Assembly (NCBI GenBank): GCA_000165425.1
Contig: CT868640.1
Span: 129,142 to 193,141, forward strand
Reading direction: 5' to 3'
Source: Paramecium tetraurelia
Taxonomy: Eukaryota
Length of the DNA: 64,000 bases
The stretch's first letter is position 1; each line of letters begins with the position of its first letter. Below, piece after piece: positions 1 through 13,800 of the stretch. The notes beneath the pieces are model-generated. The model did no database searches. It saw nothing but the letters and a program-made list of their open reading frames with translations, and was not told where the DNA came from. Made by a program: the position numbers and the translations under genes.

Positions 1-2217
1 ATTGAGATTAAAAACGATCAATTTGAAGCTTAGGATCAAGGTTTCAGAGAACAGTCTGAAAATTCTGAAAAGGGAGATATGAAAAGAAGTGGACATAGTA
101 CTCCTTCAGGAACTAATTCAATGTCTAGTAATAATATCACAAGCCAAGGAGATTAGAAAGAAGATGATGAAGAATTAAACAATGAGGATGAACTTGTCAA
201 TATTTTTGAAGTCATGAGTTAAGCTTCTAATCATTAATCTATTAAATCCATTTCAGCAATTTCAATGGCTACTCAGATATCATTGAGATGTCTTAAATAT
301 ATGCCAAGATAAGCCAAATCACTCCAAATATTCAAGATTATATTAATCATCTTAAACATTTCATGCATAATTAGTTTGTTGTTAACAACCTAAAATTACT
401 TTAACAATTTGAGTGTGGATAATCTTAGTTTGAGGATTAATAATCAATATCGTTATTCAGCTATAATACTTTAATCCTCAAACTAAATTGATCAATAGTC
501 CATTATTACTTTCGATCAAATCCCTAACATCACCTTAATGAATGAGATTATCTCTTATTGCTATAATCTTAGTTTAAACATTAGTCAATCCTACTTTGAT
601 GTTATCAACTCAATATAAAATGAGGTTTCTTTTCCATTGCCATAATTAGATGTACTTCAAATTCCAGATGATTATTACATTGTTTCTCTTTAAGAATTTT
701 TAACTCAATAGAAAATTGAAATTGATTCTATCGAATTGATCAACACCTACAATAGGAGTGATGCTACATTTAAATAATTGTATAATAATTCTATAGATTA
801 TTTATTGAATAGACTAGTATTCACTTAATCTCAGATCAATAATATGAGTTAGCAATTAAGATCGAGCAAGAATAATGATGTTCTTAGTAAAGCTCTAATT
901 GTAACATATCTGATGGCCAGCTTTGGTGGTTTACACTTGGTTGTAATCCTGTTGATTGTTCCCTTCATCAGATAAATTAACAATATCTATTTCCGTGTAC
1001 TCTGCATTGTAAGCAGGATAACATAAGAAGAGGCTGAAGATGAAATTAAAAAATTAACTCTTTCTTAGCATTTACTTGAAACTTAAGATGATTCATGGGT
1101 CACATAAAACCAAATTAAACTCATCTTTTATAATAAAAGCAAGGAAATTGATTTAAATGAGAAATACACTAAGAATGGGAATGTCAAAGCAAAAGGAAAG
1201 GAAAGCTCATACTTTTATTCTAAATTAAGTGATACTACTTTAAGTATTTGGAAGGACATGGGATTATACATAATGATATCAGCGATTTCCATTGGCTATT
1301 TAATTTTTTCTATTGTTATTATTCAAACATAAATAAATACATTTACTCCTTTTATCGACAATTTTGATGAAACTGTTAGTACTAGTGTTTATACTGCCAG
1401 CTTAATTTCGAAATTATCCATCACTCCTTAAAGGTATTTAAATTTAGAATCTGCCAGTATTCCATCACAGTTCACCTTATTGAATTTCTAACAAAACTAG
1501 TAGCTTTCATACTTCCTATAAACAATATCCTCTGATACTAACAACATCAAATCGTTTATTACTGACATGTAAAAGTTTTTAGAACAAGTAAATTTGGATT
1601 ATGGATATGATTCTAATTCATCAAAGATTTTAATTACTTCTGAGAATTATCAATCAAGAATACCATATATTTAATAGTTAAGTGTACTGAGTGAAATCAA
1701 TCATTTACTAAAGGACAATCTATGTTATTATTCTGAAGAGACCCTCTGCCAGTAGTAATAATAATTTGACTACTTCAACACTGGATTGATGGGAGCATTA
1801 GACGTTTTATAGAAGATGGAATTCAGTTATTAAACATTTTTAAATGAGTATCATTAAATACAATATTCAGACTAATAGAATAATACATCTTAAATTAATG
1901 CTTATTACAACTCTTAAGATTATAGGTTTTTAGTGATGTATGGGCAGGAATTAATTTTTAAGACATTTGATCGATTAGTATTGTTATTGGAAACTTTCTT
2001 GAATGATGAAAAGGAGTCAACCAAATAATTAATTTAGAACTTATTCATTGGCATAGGTATTCCAATTATGTTTTTGACAATTCTATTGGCAGCTTTGGAA
2101 ATGAATTTACTGAAGTAAAAAGTTAGGAGAGTTATGTTGTCTCTTACTTTCCTGCCTACTTTTAAATTTTAGGATAAGATTGTTCTTTCCCTCATTAAGG
2201 CTATCCTCAAAATTTGA
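1..2217 (+). CDS. 3' part of a large multi-pass membrane protein of the ciliate-expanded PAS-domain/TmcB-like type (5' truncated by the window)
   Basis: Frame +1 is open from base 1 to TGA at 2215-2217 under code 6. A Ser-rich linker (QSIKSISAISMATQ) is followed by several hydrophobic helices and the C-terminus VRRVMLSLTFLPTFKFQDKIVLSLIKAILKI*. The family call is inferred from this architecture. Confidence 0.65.
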
Positions 2218-3440
2218 AATCAAGGATTTAATTATATATATATTTACAATTTTTAAATATATTAAATAGCATATAAAATTAATCTATAAATTACTTATTT
2301 CCTGATTATTCGTTTATTTCTAATGATTTCCACAGTAGAAATGAACCCCTCCTTAATTTTAACCATTGTTTCACCAAATCAAAATGAGACTAAAGACAAT
2401 TTGAATTTAAGAAATATCATTATTTTTCTATATTGTATAATTCACCTAGTTTTTTAGATGATGAGACATAAAATGTTATAGATATATAGTTAAGTAATAA
2501 AAAGGACTTGAATTAGTTAATCAGAGAGTCACTTTTTGGATTATTTTATCCCCAAAAATGCCTGCAATGGAGAGTTTATTCCTATTAATAGCGATCAACC
2601 CTATCCATTTTTATCCTGGTTTCAAAATTCCGATGAAAAATTTGTATTTTTTAATGCCTTATGAACAATCTAATTTAAATATTATATTAATCTACTCATG
2701 TCTAGATATACAGAAGGAGTTTCATATGAAATAACATCGATGGAAGTCCTTTTACTCAATAACAACCTTAAATTATCCTAGCCACGCTGTTATTTCTTTT
2801 CCTTTTATTAAATTAATTATTTTGATGATTAATAGCAAAATACCTATTCATCTTGAATCATGATATATTAGTCATATATAATGCGTATTATTTTCTTGCA
2901 TAAATAACTTTAATAATTTGTTTTATAAGATTTAAATAAATTATAGTGCATGATTTTCCAATAAACACATATTAAAATTATATATTTAGCTAATCATATT
3001 TATTTTCTTAGGTATATTGACACATTTTTTTGACTAGTGTAAATTATATATTTATATTTGATTAATTCGAATAGGATTTATAATATTTTATAATATTAAC
3101 GGTCAAATCAGTATAATGGTAGTTAAATAAATAATTTCACATAGTGAAAAAACCATATGATTTTGCCTTCATTCAATAAAGCCTATCTTTTTGTGTTAAG
3201 ATTGCAAAGAGAATATGAAAGAATTGATATCAAATTAAAAAGAATTATATTCATTTTTGATATTGAACTTGGTTAATTAAAGGAGCATCATTGTCAGACA
3301 TAATATATCACGGAATCAACCAATATAAAATCTATTAGTAATTTGAAATATTCATAGATAAAGATATTAGCTGAGAGTTTGCCTATCAGATATAAAAATA
3401 ATATAAAAAATTATGAGATTATAATCATGATAAAATTTAT

Positions 3441-4789
3441 TCATTAATCTAATATTTAAATTTTCACTATAGTGGATTCTGTAATAGTTTAATCGTAAAC
3501 AACATTTATAATTTCTAGTAATGATGATTGCATTTTTATTTTTAAATGATTATATTACGGAAATGCTTATTAAAACACAGGGAAAAAACCAACATAATTC
3601 ATTTAATTAAAGCAATTGTATGAAAAAGAGTGAGTCTTTTTAGTACTACAAGCATTGCATTTATTAAAATCGGCTTAGATTTTCTTTCCATTTTCACATT
3701 TAATTTATATACCCATCTTAAATGGTGCATTTGATTTATCAACAGAATATTCATAGTTTCCATTTGTTGTGTAAATTTAATTTGATTAAACTAATGCTAA
3801 ATTGAATGTAGGTAATGTTATTAAATCCTTAACTTCTTTCCTACTTGTTCTTATAGTAAAACATTCCAAAGGTTTAAATATCTTTGTAAATTAATATGCA
3901 ATCCAAATCTAAGAATGACTATTGGGAGTCTAGGATTCATACCCTTTTATATTCTATTAATTATAAATAATTACAGGTCTACCAAGTATATGATATCGTT
4001 GTTGCTGTGTTACTGAATATCGCTCTTATCCTAAAATTTTTAGAATTTGGATAGTTCACCCCTTGTAATGCAATAGCAAACCATCTATTTGATTAAATTG
4101 GAATAGTTCCACTGCTGAATGCACCAGTAGCTACCTTTAATCCTAAATTAATGAATGCTTCTTCAATTCCTACAACTACAAAATACCCAATCTATTTTAG
4201 GTTAGCAAACTTTACTGCATCTTTCGTTATACTTACAGTCACTGAATTAGTTTTTATTTCACTTATCTATGTAATATTATTAACTGTTACCGATAATAGA
4301 AAATCAATTGGTCCTGTATAACGCATACTTGTGATGGCTATAAATCCAGTTTAAGCATTTGGATTTTTAATTGAAAATTATTTATCATCTGGATTTTCCA
4401 TATTGAAGTTACTTAGAACTTCAATACGATAGTCATCTATGGCAAACCATCTTAATTTTAGTGAAAATGCTCTGTGCGAATTACAACTAATTTCTACTGT
4501 AAATGCTATTAATATAATTGATGTATTAAATACATGTTTAAGTTATAGCTGTTATTGCTAATTTAAATCCCAATTCAGCAATCTCTTAATCAAAATATTC
4601 ATGAGTAAAAAATACTTAAGGAATATTCTAAAATTATGATGAGAAGGTTTTAGTTGCTGTTTAAGAGTAGCCATTTTAGCAATTAAAACTTGAAAATGAA
4701 GTATAGTCAAAGTCATTCATTAATCCGGTGTCGTAGTATATATATGTAGAGGCTATTTTCAAAAATAACAATAATAGTAAGTAATTCAT
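3441..4789 (-). CDS. Secreted protein with an N-terminal H-type-lectin-like domain
   Basis: Signal-peptide-like MNYLLLLFLKIAST, then TKTFSSQFQNIPQVFFTHEYFD...ITAITQTSFTVEISC...LRWFAIDD. Short intron near 4508-4534. Ends ESTIVKIQILDQ* (TGA at 3441-3443). Confidence 0.7.
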
Positions 4790-5882
4790 TCTAATATTAA
4801 GATTAAACTAACTTAAAAAACAATATAGGTATAAATTATTGATTTTAATTGATTGTTTCCTTCATTGGAGATCATCAAAGAGATGTTTGAACTCTTTTAA
4901 TTTTTGCAAGTATTTCTTTTTAAATGAAATTTTTTTTCTAAATAATATGATTCTAAAATTAAAATTAGTTTTTTGCAAAAGTTTTTCTCATAAATCACCT
5001 AATTCTTGATTTGGATATATTAAAACTTTAAATATAGAGATGTTTTTTTACAAAAATGTTATTCTTGCAATAAAAGTCAACCTTTTGCTGATATTTAATA
5101 AAATATCCACAGAATCGCATTTGAAAGGATCATTAATACATGAAGGAGAATAAAATGAGAAAATTATTACGCTTTATTTATAATTTTAAAGTATTTATGG
5201 ACAATATTCATGAAATTTATTTTATTGTACTATTATTGCGTTGAATAAGTCGGAAAAATTGATTGATTTAAAGAAATTAATGATTCATCAAATACCACTT
5301 CAATATCAATATAAAATGTTCATTTTTGTCTTATAATAATATATAATATGTTTTTAAGTAACAATAAATTGTATTGATAAAGCAAAATTTGTATAATAAT
5401 AGTATATTATTTGCTATATAGTTTAAAAATTTCGAATTTATTTATTTATGAGTTAAGGCAGAAGTTAACATTCTATCAGTTTTTATCCTTTATTTATTTA
5501 TTTGTTTCAAACAGTACAATCATAGACGAACAGATTTAATACTCTATTTATATTTATAGCAAGCAGGTAAAATACTTAAGAAAGCTGAAAAATTATTAAT
5601 TTCATTACATTTATGTCAAAGTTGAAAGACTAACATATGGGTACTTTGACTCAATTTGCCCTTAGAAGGCCAGTTGAATGCTTTTAAATTTAATATTAAA
5701 CAATTTAATCTCTATAAATTAACTATCCATTCTAAATCAGAAGCCATTGATATGCTAGTTTGCCTTACTATTAAAATATTGTATCAAGATTTTATATTCA
5801 AATTTAAAATCAAGATAAAATAATTATAATAATAATAATCAGTAATTTCATTATACCATATCCGATACCAATTTATAATAAA

Positions 5883-7250
5883 ATGAAAAGCAGTCTGAAA
5901 TTAGCGCTTTAAAGAAACAAATAAGACACTCCTGATCTCTAGGCCTGCCGTAAACTTTCCAAAGCTAAAATAATCTTTATTTATTTTTCATTTAAAAGAA
6001 TTATTATCAAAATTTATCCTTAATGAAACTCTCAACTAAGGATTAGAATGGTTTGGTTTCCAAAACTAACTCATAAGTCTTTGCATTTTCCTTACCTACC
6101 TCCATTAAAATCTGTAATTTAAGAATGAAAAAAAAATGATATTAAAAGATAGCGCGATTACAAAAAAAGGTATATCCGACACATCCATGAAATGACAAAG
6201 AATTATGGTCCATTATTACACCACTGAAGCACAGTTAGGTGAAATATGGCAAAATCTAACAAAAGTTCTAGAAATGCCAAGTTACAATTAATTTAGACTA
6301 ATTTTATAATGATCGCTTCATTAAAGAAAATTTATCTTTGGCAAGAAAAGATGCAAAAGGGAAACTCTTTTGAGAAACTTGAAAACTCAAATTAATTAGT
6401 TTCTTAGGATGACTTTGTTCTAAAAACATTTTTGATTGAAAGAACAAATTTCCAAAAAGGTGAGGTAGTAAAGAAGTCCCTAGAAATTATTATTATAATG
6501 CTAGCTATTAGATAGGATGCAAAAGAATTACTGGAGGAGGGAATAACATCATTATTCTTATAAAACGACATAAGATTAAGTACAAGCTTACCTAAAATAG
6601 TGGAAAATACCTCATAATTAGGGCATAGTTATTTCTCTAGAATTTAAGTAACCAGAGTAGATTGGAAAAACACTTTATTAGTGGTTATAAATTATTAGAA
6701 TGCACAATGTGAATTTAAAGAGTTGTTTTATAAAATGCAAATCAGAAGTTCTTTAATGTAGGATAGAAAGAATAAATTTAGTTGATCTTTCTAGTTTAGT
6801 TTAAGAAGAGTAAAATTCATTGTTGATAAAATGAAGATCCATTGTTGAAGCATAAGATCGTTAATAAGAATCGAAAGGTAGTAGAGAAAATGAAGAAGGT
6901 TAACAGATCGCTTTAGAATCTAATTAAAGAGAAATTCAAATTAGCTCTAATTCAGTTTCAGTAAGTGTTTTAGTAAATTATCTAACATTGGTTGATGGGG
7001 GTAATTCACTCAATCTATCTTCAAAAGTGGTAACATGGAATAAACTTTGAGACTGGTCCTAATAGAAATATAGCTAACATTTATGAATCGGGTGATAGAG
7101 TTATTTTGAGAAAACCTAGACATGTATTCTAAAAGTAGGTTGAAACAAATTTGAGATTTATTATCTTCATTCTATTAATATACTTTGAACATTCTTTTAA
7201 TAACTTAATAATATGGATTAAAAAACAACTTAAAACTGGTGATTTTAAGT
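5883..7250 (+). pseudogene. Decayed coding-like tract (putative pseudogene, parent not identified)
   Basis: Coding-like purine-rich composition and one open stretch of about 145 codons (about 6351-6785). TGA stops in all three frames are not resolved by obvious short introns. Confidence 0.3.
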
Positions 7251-7401
7251 TTAAAATGTAAAAAATGAAATATTTATTTTATATAATAATATTTTAAAAG
7301 AACTTGGCTGTTGTAATTGATATACATTTATCAGAAAGTTCTATTTTATTAATTTGATTAATCGTTATCAATATATATAATAATTCATTTTATTTTTTGT
7401 T

Positions 7402-8847
7402 ATGGAATTGGAAAATATGGCATAAACATCTTTTATTTTAAAAAAGTTAAAATAGAATTAGTAGCCGGTTTTATAAGGCCAAAAATTAGAATTGGATATC
7501 AAACAAAGCAATCGTTTTTCTTAGCCTCCTAGCAATTAAAATGCCAAAACATAAAATTCCTCTATTTATTGTATTAGATTTCTGAGTATGTCTAAGAGGT
7601 TTAAAATTGAACATCTAAAGGTTAAACATTTTGTAGATGCCATTTAAAATATATAGAACCTAACTGGAAAAGTTAAGGTAATCGGAACTATCTTTAAAAT
7701 TATGAGATTGAAACCTTATTATTTTTAATAATATACTGAAATAAAAATAGCGGGTATTTAACAAAGTATATTTAGAATCTGTATAAAATGAAGAAACATG
7801 TTATTTAGAGGATAGATCAGGCAGAATTAAATTAGAATTTACAAATTGTAAACTTAATCTACCAAATAATACTTCAAAAACAATAAATGCGGAAGACTTA
7901 ATAACAGGGATAGTGGTTCTGATAGAAGGAGAAATTGTTGGGAACAATATTGTAAATGTATAAAGCATCAATTTACCGGACTTTATTGATCCTCCTATTT
8001 ACAAGCCTTTAAATTAAACGGCATATGTTTGTTTGATGTCTGGAATAAATTATGATGTGGAAAATAACACAACGAAATTGAGACACTTAATCCAATATTT
8101 ATAAGGGAATTTGTATTGTGGTTCTGGTGATGATGTATGTATAATTGATATTTTAGGTCTCATAAAGGTTGTCATAAATAATCATAGCAGGTAATATATA
8201 TGGAAGATAGAGAGATGCAAAAAGGTGCTTGACAGGATCAATAAAATAGTCATAAGATTTCAAGCAACTTTATGGTTAATTACAAGAAAATATTAAGGGA
8301 ATAGATGAATTGGTTAATGAATTAGCTGGCATCATTCCAGTCGCTATAATGCCTGGGTAAAATGAACCAGTATCATAAATACTTCCTCAAACATCTCTAC
8401 AAAAAGCTCATTTTGGAGAGAGCTTTGAAAACAATTCCTAAGTTTCTTTTTTAACAAATCCAGCAGAATTCAGTTTGGGGAACATTCTTTTTGTTGGCAC
8501 AAGTGGATAAAATATTTAAGACATTAAAAAATATTAAACTATAAAAGATTAGCCAGACATAGATTTGATTGAGATGAATTTATTCTATGGGCACTTAGCT
8601 CCTACGTTATAAGATACTTTAATGTAATAATATTATAATATTTAGTCAATAACAACAATTTACTAATGATCCTTTCATTATTAATTAATTGCCTAATGTC
8701 TACTTTGTTGGAAATATGAAAAGTTTTGGAACAAAGAGATTGTCAAATAATCTAAGGATCATTAGTATCCCTTCATTTTCAGAAAGTGGAACAATATGTT
8801 TACTTAATTTAAGTACATTGGACTGCTTTTCTTTTGAAATCTAATGA
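7402..8847 (+). CDS. POLD2: DNA polymerase delta small (B) subunit
   Basis: Motifs VIGTIFKIMRLKP, CYLEDRSGRIKL, YVCLMSG, IIIAGN, IPVAIMPGQNEPVSQILPQ, GHLAPT and SIPSFSESGTICLLNLSTLDC occur in POLD2/Pol31 order. 22-nt introns at about 7754-7775 and 8135-8156. Confidence 0.93.
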
Positions 8848-9007
8848 TAAATATTAATTATTATAAATATTTCTTTATTTGGATGAATTCTGGTTGTTCA
8901 TTTTATTACTTCCTAGGGAATAAGAGTAGATCATTGATAAAATGAATTTAGGGTGTAAATAATATTGAGTTTAATGACTGTTTGAATTATTTATTTTAAA
9001 TTCAAAA

Positions 9008-10558
9008 ATGGATAATTATAAGAAATACCTCTTTGATGAGAAATTTCAGGAACCTTAACCTCGCAACACCTATTCCTTTTAAGCTTAAGAAAGCTAAGAA
9101 GAACAATAGATTGAATCAAACTTTGATGATGAGTATAAAAGGGATTTTCTCTAAAACCAAATCAAAAATGTGAAAGAGAAACTCATCATGATGGGTTTTC
9201 CACCCTTAGGAGATTTGTATAGTAATAATAACACAGAAGTGGATCTCACTGTTAAATTGTATTAGATGATTATTATTTAATAGATTGGTCTCATTTATCA
9301 AACAAAGAAGGGAGGATATGGATTTCAAGAACTCATATCATGAGAAAATGAGTAAGATTGAGGCAGAGAAATAACAATTATCATAGAATTTGGAAAGAGT
9401 TAGCAACAGTCGAAAAATACTTGAATAAGAAAATACTAATTTATAGGCGAAAATCAAGAGTGCAGAGAAGGTCTAGAAGGAATAAGTGTACATATATCAT
9501 TCTTAACGTAGCAATAAATTAATGGCAGAAAAGGAAGACTATTAAAAATAATTATCAAAATTATAAAGTCGTTCCACTTAATTTGAACATGAGTTAAAGT
9601 AGCGTGATCTTGAGATTTAAAAGATTAAGGAGCACATCAAAAAACAATAGTCATCCAAAACTTATAAAAATAGCTTAGAAATTACATAGCCAATAGAATA
9701 GGGAGGACCTAGTTTATTTGCTGCCAATGGAGAATATGAGTTTAGTTAGGTTGTAATGAAAAAATGGGAGGAAGTGAATAACAAATTGTTAAGGGAAAAT
9801 GAATAATTGAGAGAGAACCTCATTAAAATTCATAATGAATTAGGCGAAATCCTTTAAATCAGAAGGGAGGTTTATATAAAGAGAAGGAAAATAGATTTTG
9901 GAGATGAAAATATCCCTTAGGAATTGGACAATCCTTTATAAAATATGCATCAGTTTAAGACTGATTTGTACAAGGCTCCCCTCGAAACAAATGGTAAACA
10001 AGCTGTCCAAATGCTAACAGAAAATCTATAGACTTTTAAGGAATTGATGAAGAAATTCGATTAATAGTATGAGTTGCAAATGAATGAAGAAGATATTGAA
10101 ATTGAAGGAGAAGGGGGAAAGATTAAGGCTTGTAAGAACTTGACAGAATTATTTAAGAATTATAATTATATTTTCGACGCATAGGATAAGATGATTAGTC
10201 AAATAATCAATAAGAGTTAAAACCTCAAGAAAATCGATGAGTTAAACTTTAATTTGAATCGATTCAATAGAGTGTTGGATGATAAATAGATCGATGATGT
10301 TAAGAAGTATTTGCAGGACCAAAAGAAATATTTGGATGAGTCCAAGAATGAGATGGATATGATCAAGAAACAATTTTAATAGTAGTTGAAAAAAAGGGAG
10401 GAGGAAAAATAAATAATTTAGGTATTTAATTGGTCTATTTTAATTAGATGAAAAAATAGATGCTAGAAGAGACTAACGAGAAGTTTAAAGAAAACATTAG
10501 ATTATTAGAAAACGCAAGCAGATAGGCCCTTTAATAACTTAATTAAGAATACAAGTGA
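9008..10558 (+). CDS. Afadin/alpha-actinin-binding (ADIP/SSX2IP/Msd1-like) coiled-coil protein
   Basis: KLIMMGFPPLGDL...LLVSFIKQRREDMDFKNSYHEKMSK followed by a long coiled coil with FEHELKQRDLEIQKIKE. Several short introns. TGA at 10556-10558. Confidence 0.7.
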
Positions 10559-10824
10559 TATAAAATTAAAATATAAATTATCACAAATTCATTATTATCT
10601 GCATAATATACATACAAATAAATGAATTGATTAAAATTATGTGGTCAGTAAATTTGAAAAGATCTTATTAGTTTTTATCTAAGTTATAAAAAAATTATAG
10701 GATCAATTGATTTAACAAAAGTTACGAGAGTATAATCGGCTAATACTATATTCGCAATTGTTGATTTCTTATTTTTGAAAATATAAACTTGTATTTACTA
10801 TTAAATTATTATTTATTGTTCTTC

Positions 10825-13800
10825 ATGGATTAATAGCACCAACTCAGGAATAACAAAAAACGATAAACAATTTCAAAAGAATTGGCATAAAGAAAGTAAA
10901 GCATAATTTAGTAATTTTAATGTATTCTTTGTTTCAATTTTGATTAGCTGGCACTCAACTAATAAAGTAAGATTCTTCATCCAAATCGATAAAACAAGAA
11001 AAATAGAATAGAAAGGAATCTAGAGATGCATCCTTAATTTCTCCTTCATCTTTCGAAAAATAAATAATGTTTTTTATTTTCTTTTAAAAGTAGAAAATAA
11101 AAAGATAAAGAGCCAGATGAAATAGAAGAGTATGATCTAAATTCATCAGATTATTCAGAAGAAACCATACTAACCATTTAATATGTTTCATATGAATCAA
11201 GAAGAACATCAAAAAAGTTTATTGAGACACTCAATGAAAAAAGTCAGAATATAAATTCCCAATTTGATCAAGTGATAAAGGAAGTCAAAGACGAAGGTCA
11301 ACTATTGAAATTCGCTAATCTATTTTAATTGGACTAAGAAGAATCATAGGAAAATGAAATTGCATACAAGAAAATTGTCAAAAGATATGATAAACTATAT
11401 GTGCGAAACCCTTTTCAAGATCCTTACTACATCTAACTAGTACCATTAACTGGTGTGAGTAGGTTAATTTATGAATTAAAGGTAAAAATGTAATTATAAC
11501 ATTGAGAAATATTAAGATAATGCTAAATTTTTGTAAATTCGCAAAACTTTAGTTTTTATATCCCTATTGTTTCCCATCTTAGCCAAGGAGATGATGCAGA
11601 GTAGACTCTATAAAATTTTGATGACCATCCTGATATTATTTAATGTTGCTCTATTTATCATCGTTAAAACACAACATCGAGAAGATACTTTCTAAATAGA
11701 GCAGGTAATAACAATATTATTTATAATTGAAATTTTGGTTAGAATATTTGTTTCTGGATTTTTCTTTACCAAAAATGCCTTCTTTAGAAACATATAGGAT
11801 ATTTATGATTTCACTTTGATATTTGCAACTACAATCAATCTTTATTATCCAGACATTTTCATAATAGATATTTCACCTTTGAGAATGATTACACTGCTTT
11901 TCTATTTAGGTGACATATTTGTTGGACTGGGTGTTATGCTTTTAGCTCTCAAATAGTCAATTAAATTCTTACTGGAAGCTCTGATGATAGTTGGACTCTT
12001 TTCTTTATTCTTTGCAATTTGTGGAGTGTTTCTATTCTAAGGATTATTCAACTTCAGATGCGAGTATGATAATGGTGATGAAACAGATGGTTGGGTTCAA
12101 TGCAATTAAAATTAATGTTACGAAGATGGTATGACATGTAAGTATACTGAATAAACTCCTAAAATGCCAACATCATTTAATAATGTGATTTACTCATATG
12201 GATAAATTTTGAGAACAATCACAATGGATGATTGGAGTTGGGTAATGTTCTTCACTATGAGAATATACCATCCTTAAATATGGATTTATTATTTAGGGAT
12301 TATATTTCTATGTGGTTTTTTTGGTTTCAATTTGGTTATAGCTGTGTTAAAGACTCATTATGCCGAAACTGCAGAGGAAAGTGAAAAGCAATAAGAAAAA
12401 CTCAGGATTGATAAATTGATTAAGGATAATTAAGAGTATCCCGAGAGAGAATTAGTAAATGTCTTTGATGTAGCCTTTTTGAGATATATTGGATTTTTTG
12501 CAACCATTCAAAAATATCGAGAATCCTTTCAAAGAAGATCTATTATAAGTTGGAATCTAGAAAGTGAGGCTTAAATGAATAAAACTGTCACTGAAGCCAG
12601 AACCTTATCAGCAGCATAGAAAAAGTTGAGTAACTAATATGTAAAAAATAAATAATATTTCATAGAATGTAGAAAATCAAAGTCTATATAATAGGATGAA
12701 GGAACTTACATTGAAGAATCTATTATTAACTAAATTTCGTTTATTAAAATTATAGTAGAAAAAAATAAATATTAAAAAGTATTCAGATGATCCAATCGAA
12801 TTAGAAATTTTATAAAAGCTGTAGAATTTATCATATTCTTGTTTATAATCCTAAGTGAATTCTTAGATCGAATATTAATTTGCAAGTTAGCATGACATAT
12901 TGTTAAAGTTGATGTATATTATAATTTAAATTTAGTGAGATTGATTTAGCATTATAAGAAGAAAAGAAATTCAACCCAGAAAAATTAAGAAAGATTAAAT
13001 TTAAACACTAATATCCTGATTGGCAAAGTCAAGTACAAAAGATAAAGAAGTAGGCTTTAAGGTCTATAGAAATTAAGAGCAATAAGTTCCCTTGTAAATA
13101 TAAAAAACAGAATAAATGGAAAACTATGATAAAGCTTGAAGATGATAAAGAATAAGAAACAAGTAAAAATTCAGTTGATGCTTTTGAAAGATCTTCTGAA
13201 AAGAAATTTAATTTCTGTTTTGATAAAAATGTAACAATCAAAAAAAAATCAAAAAAATTCGCAAAATAAATAAACGGTTAAAATATGGTTTATGTTCAAG
13301 GGTATTATCTTACTTATTAAGAAATAAGTGTTAAAATAAATACCAAGATACCAACAATCAAAAATAATTAAACCAGCAATCAATTTAAATATAGGAAAAT
13401 AAGAGAGAAAGAAATTTAAAATGGAAAGCTGATTACTTCCAGCAATTGGTCTGGTAAGGATGTCTTAATTATAAATGCTAAGAAACTATAAATGTTTAGT
13501 CATATATTCCTTTAACTTAACCATTAAGATATTATCATTTGGATGAAGGGTCTCAAAGGAATGCTGTTAAATTTTAAGAAACATACATATAGAATAATTA
13601 CTAGCTCAACTAGTTAAACCTTTTTTGACTTAATAATTTTTATAAATTTTACCTTTTTAGCACTTTGGAACATTGTTAATTCTAATACTATACATTCAGT
13701 TGAGAATGTTTCAACTATAATACTATCAATTGAATTAATTCTGAGATTGATATCAATTCCAACCAAACAGTTTACAAGTAATCCGAATTTCTTGTTTTAA

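Noticed and set aside
8030..8150. MSG...NNT followed by GSGDDVCII, resembling viral RdRp motifs B and C (possible endogenous RNA virus)
   Set aside because: It lies inside POLD2. The VCII residues come from reading into a 22-nt intron (8135-8156), and the flanking motifs are clearly POLD2.
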